Shown: positions 9,829 through 21,181, counted from the first letter of the stretch. The stretch is DNA of 24,339 nt from Pseudothermotoga sp. (GCA_041640575.1 JBEPZZ010000015.1:10122-34460); one strand, 5' to 3'. Notes: generated from the letters alone by a model not told the origin. Translations and numbers: made by a program.

Positions 9829-10863
9829 TCAAACGTTTACTGGTTCTTTCTTTCGATAACCGTAATCGTTACTGACCAATAAACCCGCGCGGTTTATCAA
9901 GAGCTTGACACAGTTCGCACACGTTGTATCGTTTTCTAAGATGCATATCTTTCCAGGATAGAGTGAGTAATTGGGTCTATAGGGATTTGGTGTCATGTTT
10001 GGCATAATCACGTTTGCGCCCCACTTTAACCCCAGTTCTCTCCCAAATGGATCGATCGTTCCAAGTGCTGTTGTTGCTGGAATATTTGCCGTTGGAACTG
10101 CAATTCTTGCCAAAGCTATCATCTTTAGAGTAGTTTTCAAGTCACCACCTTTTGCGCTGGCAAGTGGGGTATCGGGATGTGGTATGAATGGACCTATACC
10201 AATCATGTCAGCGTCCAACTCTTTGAGAAAGGCTATATCCAGAGCTAGATCATAAGCTGTTTGATTGGGAAGACCAACCATACATCCGGCACCTGTTTCA
10301 TAACCAAGTTCTTTCAAATAGAAAAGATGAGCCTTTCTGGTTTCAAAACTATCATTTGGATGCAAGGCTGCGTATAGTTCAGGATTTGCAGTTTCATGAC
10401 GCATCAAGTACCTATCTGCTCCATGCTCTTTCCATATTCGGTATTCTTCGAAAGAACGTTCACCCAAGCTCAAAGTTATCGCGACACCTAACTTTTTGAT
10501 TTCTTCAACAAGGTACGTAATGTCATCTTTTGTGTAGTAAAAATCTTCGCCAGATTGAAGAACTACGGTTTTTATTCCAAAACTTGCAATAAGATGAGCC
10601 CTTTGTATTATCTCTTCAAGGCTCATTCTGTATCTGTTTAGGTTTTTGTTGTCTCTCCTAAGGCCACAGTAAAGGCAGTTTTGAAAACAGTAATTGGAGA
10701 ACTCTATTATTCCCCTTATGTAAACATGCTTACCAACATATTTTTCTCTAACTTCATTGGCAAACTCAAAGAGTGCCTGGTCATATTTATCTGTCGAAAG
10801 TATGTGCGCCACGTAGTCGATATCTATGGATTCAGAGTTGAATATTTTGTCTTTTTCGAGCAT
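9829..10863 (-). CDS. hydE: [FeFe]-hydrogenase maturation radical SAM protein HydE
   Basis: CFQNCLYC radical SAM motif, LQSGED, RYLMRHET, GPFIPHPDTP, YSLYPGK, C-terminal Cx7Cx2C auxiliary cluster motif. Confidence 0.96.
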   Translation of the reverse strand: MLEKDKIFNSESIDIDYVAHILSTDKYDQALFEFANEVREKYVGKHVYIRGIIEFSNYCFQNCLYCGLRRDNKNLNRYRMSLEEIIQRAHLIASFGIKTVVLQSGEDFYYTKDDITYLVEEIKKLGVAITLSLGERSFEEYRIWKEHGADRYLMRHETANPELYAALHPNDSFETRKAHLFYLKELGYETGAGCMVGLPNQTAYDLALDIAFLKELDADMIGIGPFIPHPDTPLASAKGGDLKTTLKMIALARIAVPTANIPATTALGTIDPFGRELGLKWGANVIMPNMTPNPYRPNYSLYPGKICILENDTTCANCVKLLINRAGLLVSNDYGYRKKEPVNV

Positions 10864-11092
10864 TTTTCATCACCTCGATTATTTGCTCTTCTGTCTGTTG
10901 GTCATTGAGGTTCTCACAAAACACGACATATCTTTCATCTTCGAAAACCACGCGACTCTCAGAGTACTTTTCTTCTCCATATCTAGCTATGCACGAAAAT
11001 CTTTTGCCAACTTTTTCACATATCCAAATCTTGCAATTTTTTTCTAATGCAATTTTCGAAAACGTTCCCTCGATCAGCTCAAAGTCTAACAT
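10832..11092 (-). CDS. Small hypothetical protein (~86 aa, 4 Cys) between hydG and hydE
   Basis: ORF fills the hydG-hydE gap and overlaps both neighbours. ATG 11092 is preceded by GGTGA; GTG 11101 is an alternative start. Confidence 0.7.
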   Translation of the reverse strand: MLDFELIEGTFSKIALEKNCKIWICEKVGKRFSCIARYGEEKYSESRVVFEDERYVVFCENLNDQQTEEQIIEVMKNARKRQNIQL

Positions 11093-12482
11093 CTCGGTCA
11101 CCGTTTTCTATTCTTTTGAGATATTTGAGAACCAGTTCCTTGTTGATTTCAAGCTTCTCAATTTCATCTGATATAAGCTTTTCCCCGATTTCCCTGGTCT
11201 CAGCCGTTGCATAATCAAGCAAGTATTCTTTTAAGGTGAACAACGCATTCGGTGTGCAGAATTTTTTGACAAAGCCAGGTATTGCAAATTCCATGAAATG
11301 TTGTCCCGTTCTTCCCATACGATAACAAGCCGTGCAGAATGATGGTATGTAACCATCTTTCAGCAAATCTTTTATGACTTCCTCTAGGCTTCTGTTGTCA
11401 TTCAAGACAAACTGGCTTTTTCTGAGTTTCTCAGGATCTGACTCCGAATAAGAACCGATTCCTATGCTAGAACCTCCATCGATTTGAGAGACGCCAAGTT
11501 TCAAAACCTCTCTTCGAAGTTCTGCAGGTTCTCGAGCTGTAAGTATCATTCCAGTGTATGGCACGGCAAGCCTTATTATGGCCACAATCTTCTTGAAATC
11601 TTCATCATTCACAACGTATTTTGACTTAAAGTCAACGCCCAGCGCAGGTTCCAACCTTGGGAAGGAAATGGTATGCGGACCTACTCCAAATCTTTCTTCA
11701 AGGTGAATTGTGTGGTAAATGAGTCCCATCACTTCGAATTTCCAATCGTACAATCCAAACAAAGCACCTATGCCAACGTCGTCAATTCCAGCAAGCATAG
11801 CACGATCCAAGCCGTACAATCGCCAATTGTAATTAGATTTCGGGCCCTTTGGATGCAATTCTCTGTAAGCCTTGGGATGATAAGTTTCTTGGAAAATTTG
11901 GAATGTTCCTATACCAGCCGAACGTATTATCTTGTATCCTTCAATTGTTTGTGGAGCGGCGTTCACGTTTACCCTTCGTATCTCACCGTGCCCGAGCTTT
12001 GTTTCGTAAATTATCCTTATCGTTTCAGCTATGAATTCAGGACTGTATCTTGGATGCTCACCAAAAACTACTATAAGTCTTTTATGTCCTTTACTTACAA
12101 GGGCCAGAACCTCTTTCCTAAGTTCATCAAAAGTTAGGGTTTTTCTATAAATTTCCTTGTTGGAGGATCTGAATCCACAATAAACGCAGTCGTTTACACA
12201 ATCGTTACCGATGTAAAGCGGAGCAAAAAGTACTATTCTGTTTCCGTAGATTCTTTTCTTTAAATCTCTTGCTGCCTCAAAAATTTCCTCTAGAAGTTCT
12301 TTTTCCTGCACGTTTAAGAGAGTAGCTACCTCTTCAGGTGAAAGCCTGTTTTTCTCAAGGGACTTTTGTATGATTGCTCTGACTTTACTTTTCTCGACTA
12401 CAGCATTTTGTAACGTTTCATAAATCTTTTCCACATTTATGAAACTTTTGCTTTCAATCCTCTCTTTTAAGAAGACGTACAT
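11079..12482 (-). CDS. hydG: [FeFe]-hydrogenase maturation radical SAM tyrosine lyase HydG
   Basis: FAPLYIGNDCVNDCVYC, IRRVNVN, FQETY, GPHTISFPR (dangler-Fe His), C-terminal Cx2Cx22C (FCTACYR...FCTPNA). Confidence 0.97.
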   Translation of the reverse strand: MYVFLKERIESKSFINVEKIYETLQNAVVEKSKVRAIIQKSLEKNRLSPEEVATLLNVQEKELLEEIFEAARDLKKRIYGNRIVLFAPLYIGNDCVNDCVYCGFRSSNKEIYRKTLTFDELRKEVLALVSKGHKRLIVVFGEHPRYSPEFIAETIRIIYETKLGHGEIRRVNVNAAPQTIEGYKIIRSAGIGTFQIFQETYHPKAYRELHPKGPKSNYNWRLYGLDRAMLAGIDDVGIGALFGLYDWKFEVMGLIYHTIHLEERFGVGPHTISFPRLEPALGVDFKSKYVVNDEDFKKIVAIIRLAVPYTGMILTAREPAELRREVLKLGVSQIDGGSSIGIGSYSESDPEKLRKSQFVLNDNRSLEEVIKDLLKDGYIPSFCTACYRMGRTGQHFMEFAIPGFVKKFCTPNALFTLKEYLLDYATAETREIGEKLISDEIEKLEINKELVLKYLKRIENGDRDVRL

Positions 12483-12494
12483 TAACGTCCCCCC

Positions 12495-12740
12495 TTATTT
12501 GATAATTGTGCTTTTCACTTTGACACTGGGGACCTGACCAAGCTTTCCAGTAAAGCTTCCAACTTCATCATTCGTTGCCTTAACCACAACAAAAATCACA
12601 GCAAAACCTTCCTCTTCGACAGGATAACCGACTCTGAGTTTGATCAAATTCGAGTATTGATGCAACAACTCGTTGACCTTGTTATACGCATCTTCTCTGT
12701 TCAGAACAAGGATGTTGATAGTGTAATAATGTTTCTCCAC
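12495..12740 (-). CDS. TM1266-family 'iron-only hydrogenase system regulator' (small ACT/ferredoxin-like fold)
   Basis: MEKHYYTINILV...VNELLHQYS...LRVGYPV...GSFTGKLGQVPSVKVKS resembles T. maritima TM1266; first gene before hydG. GTG 12740 follows AGGAGGTG, and the track's 12749 start lies inside that RBS. Confidence 0.88.
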   Translation of the reverse strand: MEKHYYTINILVLNREDAYNKVNELLHQYSNLIKLRVGYPVEEEGFAVIFVVVKATNDEVGSFTGKLGQVPSVKVKSTIIK

Positions 12741-12754
12741 AGTTGCCACCTCCT

Positions 12755-12790
12755 AAAATAAAAACCCCTTCCTCAACATCGAGGAAGGGG
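12755..12790 (-). terminator. Intrinsic terminator in the 5' leader of the hyd maturation operon (attenuator)
   Basis: Minus strand CCCCTTCCTCG-ATGT-TGAGGAAGGGG-TTTTTATTTT, immediately before the RBS of the first gene and downstream of that operon's promoter. Confidence 0.9.
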
Positions 12791-12881
12791 AATAAATTGC
12801 TAAAAATTTGTCAGGAATTTATGGTTAAGAGATCATACCCCATCCTCGATGTCAGACCAAAAGGTCCTTCATCTCAGATTC
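12755..12881 (-). ncRNA. Putative cis-regulatory leader RNA (anti-antiterminator / antiterminator / terminator)
   Basis: Hairpin ATCT-GA-GATG-AA-GGACC-TTTT-GGTCT-GA-CATC-GA-GGAT (12879-12842). ACATCGAGGATGGGG (12852-12838) is complementary at 14/15 positions to the terminator 5' arm plus loop, CCCCTTCCTCGATGT (12790-12776). Confidence 0.75.
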
Positions 12882-12887
12882 ATTTAT

Positions 12888-12915
12888 ATTATATCACAAA
12901 TCAAAAGCTTTACAA
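12888..12915 (-). promoter_or_regulatory. Sigma70 promoter of the hyd maturation operon
   Basis: TTGTAA-16 nt-TATAAT with extended TG (TGaTATAAT); predicted start ~12881, just before the leader hairpin. Confidence 0.7.
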
Positions 12916-12987
12916 GTTTGAAAATGAAAAACTTTTGACCTGAGGTTGTAGTTATCAAAAGGATCAGTGACCAAAACGTTAAAAACC

Positions 12988-13015
12988 TTGACAAAGTAAG
13001 TAGCTAAGGTATAGT
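12988..13015 (+). promoter_or_regulatory. Sigma70 promoter of the hfsA-hydS-phosphatase-hydCBA-rex operon
   Basis: Perfect -35 TTGACA (12988-12993), 16 nt spacer, -10 TATAGT (13010-13015). Confidence 0.8.
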
Positions 13016-13020
13016 ATTTA

Positions 13021-13052
13021 TTGTGAAAAATATCACGTGAAATGTTTCACAA
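13021..13052. promoter_or_regulatory. Tandem overlapping Rex operators
   Basis: TTGTGAAAAATATCACGT (13021-13038) and ACGTGAAATGTTTCACAA (13035-13052) against the Rex consensus TTGTGAA-N4-TTCACAA. They sit at the predicted TSS, and a rex gene is in the same operon. Confidence 0.85.
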
Positions 13053-13081
13053 TATCGACCAAAAAGGTAGATGATAAGAAG

Positions 13082-13312
13082 ATGATTGTTAAGGTTTGCA
13101 TGGGAAGCTCATGTCATATGAAAGGTGCATACAAAGTTGTTGAAAAGCTCAAGAAAATCCCAAATGTTAAGCTCTACGGAGCTCTGTGCATGGGTAATTG
13201 TCTGAATGGCGTGAACATAGAAATTGATGGAAAAATCTATCCCAGCATTACAGAAGAAAATGTTGAAGAAGTTATTAAGAAAGCCTTGGAAAAGAGTGAG
13301 AGCAATGCGTAA
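13082..13312 (+). CDS. HfsA-like thioredoxin-fold [2Fe-2S] protein
   Basis: VKVCMGSSCHMKG...LCMGNCLNGVNIEIDG (Cx4C...Cx3C). The track's 13037 start lies inside the operator, so ATG 13082 is used. Confidence 0.85.
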   Translation: MIVKVCMGSSCHMKGAYKVVEKLKKIPNVKLYGALCMGNCLNGVNIEIDGKIYPSITEENVEEVIKKALEKSESNA

Positions 13313-14942
13313 TGACCAATACATAGTTTCGGTGGATGCAAACTGCAAGTACTGCTATAAATGTCTTAGAAATTGTTTCGTGAAATCCATAAAATTCGAA
13401 AACGAGAAATCGAAAATCGTTGACGAAGATTGCATACTTTGTGCTGACTGCATTGAAACGTGCCCACAAAAAGCCAAAACCTACAGGAAGGATGCTGAGA
13501 GGATAAGCAACTTTCTAAACCGACCTTTCATGGTTTCTATTGCTCCCTCCTTTTACGCGCATTTCGATCAACCCTTCAAAGTCCTCTCATATTTGAAGTC
13601 ACTTGGCGCAGTTTATATAAATGAAACTGCCGTTGGTGCAGAAATTGTCTCATTTAAATACGCTCAGATTTTTGAAAGATCTTCCGGCCCGGTTATTTCG
13701 ACAGCTTGCCCCGCCGTTGTGTATTATGTAGAAAGATACCAACCAAATATAATTCCCTATCTTGCAGATGTTCTGTCACCGGCTGCAGCTCACCTTGAGT
13801 TCATGAAATCTTATTTTGGAAATTTTCCGGCTCTTTTCATCGGTCCATGTATAGCAAAGAAGAAGGAACTTGAAGGCTTATACGATGTGGTCTTGACCTT
13901 CGAAGAACTAGACGAGTATATGAAAAACTTACATGTTAATCTTTCAACTTTCAAGGATGTTTTCCCCGACCCACCCTATGCAGCTAAAGCTGCTTTCTAT
14001 CCAGTTACAGAGGGAATAAATTTCAGTATGAACCGCGGTTTTCAAGATAGTATTGCCATATCTGGGATTCGAAACATTGCGGAATTTCTTAAGCATCTGG
14101 ATAGCTCCTCAAAAATGTTCGTGGAACTTTCCGCATGTGATAACAGTTGCATCAATGGTCCAGCAATTAGAAAAGATTTGAGCGTCTTGCAAAAAAAAGC
14201 AAGAATAATGAACGCTAGAAATGAGCTAGCAAAAAATTCAAAGAGGAATGTAACTATACCCTTGGACTTAAAAATTTCGAGATCTTTTGAGGATAAGTAC
14301 AAGAAGATTGTCCACAGTGAGGAAGCAATCAAAGAAGTGTTGATATCTATAGGTAAAACGGACTCGTCCAAAGAGCTCAACTGCAGTGCATGTGGTTACA
14401 ACACTTGTCGTGAGAAAGCTATAGCAGTTTTGGAAGGTAGAGCCGAGAAAGAGATGTGCATCACATACCTCATTGAGAAAGTTTCGAGCGTAAGTAACAA
14501 ATTGGTAGAAGAATCTCCAAACATCATCTTTATTCACAATGAAGAGAAGATATTGTACAAGAATCGCATGGCTAGAAAATATTTCCTGAATTTTTCGGAA
14601 AGCCAAGTGATGCAACTGATAAGAGAAATCGAAAAAAAGAAACTAGACAGATTGAACATAGAGTTGTTTGGAAGATACGTCAATTTCTATTGCAAAGTCT
14701 TTGAACTTCCAGAGAAAAGCGGTAACGTGGTTATCCTGGTGGACATAACAAAGGAAAACAAACAAGAACAAGAAATATTGAAAATCAAGAATGAATCAAT
14801 AAAAAGAATAGAAGAGGTCTTGGAAAAGCAAATGCTACTTGCTCAAGAAATCGCAAGTTTACTTGGTGAATCGATAGCAGAAGCAAAAAGCAGATTCGAG
14901 GAATTCAAGAAAGTAATGGAGGAATCCAATGATAACCTGTGA
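13305..14942 (+). CDS. hydS: Putative sensory (group C) [FeFe] hydrogenase HydS/HfsB with PAS-like C-terminus
   Basis: N-terminal 2x[4Fe-4S] (CKYCYKCLRNC, CILCADCIETCP); divergent H-cluster motifs STACP, GPCIAKKKE, ELSACDNSCINGP; extra Fe-S domain CSACGYNTC...EMC; PAS-like segment ending LVDIT, then a coiled coil. ATG 13305 overlaps the upstream stop. Confidence 0.9.
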   Translation: MRNDQYIVSVDANCKYCYKCLRNCFVKSIKFENEKSKIVDEDCILCADCIETCPQKAKTYRKDAERISNFLNRPFMVSIAPSFYAHFDQPFKVLSYLKSLGAVYINETAVGAEIVSFKYAQIFERSSGPVISTACPAVVYYVERYQPNIIPYLADVLSPAAAHLEFMKSYFGNFPALFIGPCIAKKKELEGLYDVVLTFEELDEYMKNLHVNLSTFKDVFPDPPYAAKAAFYPVTEGINFSMNRGFQDSIAISGIRNIAEFLKHLDSSSKMFVELSACDNSCINGPAIRKDLSVLQKKARIMNARNELAKNSKRNVTIPLDLKISRSFEDKYKKIVHSEEAIKEVLISIGKTDSSKELNCSACGYNTCREKAIAVLEGRAEKEMCITYLIEKVSSVSNKLVEESPNIIFIHNEEKILYKNRMARKYFLNFSESQVMQLIREIEKKKLDRLNIELFGRYVNFYCKVFELPEKSGNVVILVDITKENKQEQEILKIKNESIKRIEEVLEKQMLLAQEIASLLGESIAEAKSRFEEFKKVMEESNDNL

Positions 14943-16068
14943 GATTCACTACGCTCAAAAGAACAAGTTCGGTGAGCTTGTATGTGGCGATTCTATTAGG
15001 TATAAACATGACGAAAACAAAATGGTCGTAAGCGTTTCAGATGGACTCGGAAGCGGTGTGAAGGCCAATATTCTTGCTACTTTGACTTCGACGATTGCTA
15101 CAACAATGGTTTTCAACGACGTCAGCATCGAGGACACTTTTAGATCCATTCTCAAGACTCTTCCAGTTTGTAAAGTACGCGGCATTAGTTACTCCACATT
15201 GGCAACCTGCAAAATTGATTACAACAAGAAAAAATGTACTATTTTTGAGTACGAATTTCCGCTCGTTCTCATCTACAAAGATTCCGAATTACTAAATATT
15301 CCTAAGAAGAGTTTCTACATAGAAGGTAAGAAACTTTCCTCCAGTGAATTTGATATAGACACAAACTTTTCAATCTTCCTAATGACAGATGGAATCACGC
15401 AGGCAGGCATGGGAACAGACAGGTTTCCACTGGGACTTGGAATTGAAAACGTCAAAAAGGATCTGGACAATCTTCTGAAAAGCAAAGTTGAGCACAAAAG
15501 CATTGCAGAGTATTTTGTTAAACTTGCCGAAAAACTGGACAAAGGCACAAAAGGAGACGATGCAACTGTTATAGCGCTGAAAATTAGAGAAAAAAGAGTG
15601 GTAAACATAATGGTTGGGCCTCCCGAAAAAAAGGAAAATGACCTGATAGTTGTAAACAAGCTGTTGAGTTCTCAAGGGAAAAAGATAGTTTGTGGAGGCA
15701 CAACCGGCAAAATCGTTGAAAAAATTCTGGGTAAACAAATAGAAATAGACATTCAAAGTATATACGAAGATTCTCCACCAGTTGGAAAGATAGAGGGAAT
15801 AGATTTGGTAACCGAAGGTATAATTACACTCACTCAAATTTTCAGATACTTCAACAATCAAACCAAGGATGTAGGTTACAGTGCAAGACTTGTGATTCAA
15901 GAACTTGAAAACGCAGATGTAATCAACTTCTTAGTCGGACGCGCCATAAACCCTGCTCATCAAAATCCTCTTTTCACACACGATATTTCTTTGAAATTTA
16001 GACTGATACATGATTTGTCCCAAAAATTAACCGATCTTGGGAAGATTGTGAACATTGAATATTACTGA
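14929..16068 (+). CDS. SpoIIE/PP2C-family Ser/Thr protein phosphatase (HfsC-like)
   Basis: PP2C metal-binding motifs VCGDS, VSDGLGSG, MTDGI, GDDAT; overlaps the hydS stop. Confidence 0.9.
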   Translation: MITCEIHYAQKNKFGELVCGDSIRYKHDENKMVVSVSDGLGSGVKANILATLTSTIATTMVFNDVSIEDTFRSILKTLPVCKVRGISYSTLATCKIDYNKKKCTIFEYEFPLVLIYKDSELLNIPKKSFYIEGKKLSSSEFDIDTNFSIFLMTDGITQAGMGTDRFPLGLGIENVKKDLDNLLKSKVEHKSIAEYFVKLAEKLDKGTKGDDATVIALKIREKRVVNIMVGPPEKKENDLIVVNKLLSSQGKKIVCGGTTGKIVEKILGKQIEIDIQSIYEDSPPVGKIEGIDLVTEGIITLTQIFRYFNNQTKDVGYSARLVIQELENADVINFLVGRAINPAHQNPLFTHDISLKFRLIHDLSQKLTDLGKIVNIEYY

Positions 16069-20439
<4,371 letters not shown>

Positions 20440-20461
20440 ATCTCTCGTAGAACGAGCGCCA

Positions 20462-20484
20462 GCCTTGGGGTTAATCCCCAAGGC
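20462..20484. other. GC-rich hairpin between hydA and rex (no U-tract)
   Basis: GCCTTGGGG-TTAAT-CCCCAAGGC, a perfect 9-bp stem. A second small stem CTCGT-AGA-ACGAG lies at 20444-20456. Confidence 0.7.
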
Positions 20485-20514
20485 ATCATCTTACAATTCA
20501 ACAGGAGTGTGATT

Positions 20515-21159
20515 ATGATATACATACCATTTGTTGTCTTAGAAAGGCTCAAAGAGTATAGAAAAATTCTAATCACTTTGGATTCAGAGTATGTAACATC
20601 AGAAGAAATAGCCAAACTCGCAGGTGTGAGTAGTGATCTGGTTAGGCGAGACTTCATGTATTTGAATATAGATGGACAAAGAAAAAGAGGATACAACAGA
20701 GTGGCGCTCCTTACAGAACTAGATGAAACTTTTGCCGTAAGAAGAAATCTGAACATAATAATAGTCGGTGCCGGTAGACTGGGTCAGGCGCTTGCTTCTT
20801 ACAGTGGCTTTTCCTCTTGTGGGGCAAGAATTGTAGCCATTTTCGACAACGATCCTCAAAAAATAGGAAGTTTTGTTGGAGACTTGGCAATTTTGGAGAT
20901 GAAACAAAGTATCTTAACACGAGTTATAAACCGTTTTTCAGTTTCAATTGCTGCAATATGTGTTCCGGTGCAAAGTGCGCAAGAAGTTGCGAATCAGCTT
21001 GTTAAAGTTGGAATAAAAGGCATCTGGAATTTCGCACCTGTTAAGTTAATCGTCCCGGAAGATGTTATAGTTGTCGACGTGGATATTACCAGTTCACTGC
21101 TTACACTGAAAAGATTATTAGAAAACAGTGAGAAATCTTCTGCTCTTAAGCGAAAATAG
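20515..21159 (+). CDS. rex: Redox-sensing transcriptional repressor Rex
   Basis: wHTH IP...ERL..Y...VTSEEIAKLAGVSSDLVRRDF...RGY; Rossmann fold IIVGAGRLGQAL, FDNDPQKIG, GIKGIWNFAP. ATG 20515 lies 7 nt after AGGAG. Confidence 0.93.
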   Translation: MIYIPFVVLERLKEYRKILITLDSEYVTSEEIAKLAGVSSDLVRRDFMYLNIDGQRKRGYNRVALLTELDETFAVRRNLNIIIVGAGRLGQALASYSGFSSCGARIVAIFDNDPQKIGSFVGDLAILEMKQSILTRVINRFSVSIAAICVPVQSAQEVANQLVKVGIKGIWNFAPVKLIVPEDVIVVDVDITSSLLTLKRLLENSEKSSALKRK

Positions 21160-21181
21160 GCTATTAAAATCGTAGGAGTAA

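Noticed and set aside
12755..12881. Tyr/Cys T-box or SAM-I riboswitch, expected given HydG/HydE substrates
   Set aside because: No T-box GGTGGnACCGCG element and far too short for stem I; SAM-I core sequences are absent.
12811..12883. Leader-peptide attenuation via mini-ORFs in the hyd leader (MNLR, MKDLLV, MGYDLLTINS)
   Set aside because: No properly spaced RBS and no run of diagnostic codons such as Tyr or Cys; the RNA-structure model explains the sequence better.
12743..12943. 66-aa plus-strand ORF in the track
   Set aside because: Antisense to the promoter and attenuator, with no RBS or recognisable domain; probably spurious.
13071..13085. Mini uORF ATG ATA AGA AGA TGA overlapping the hfsA-like start
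   Set aside because: Its ATG lies within the likely RBS variant (AGGTAGATGAT) serving ATG 13082 and has no RBS of its own.
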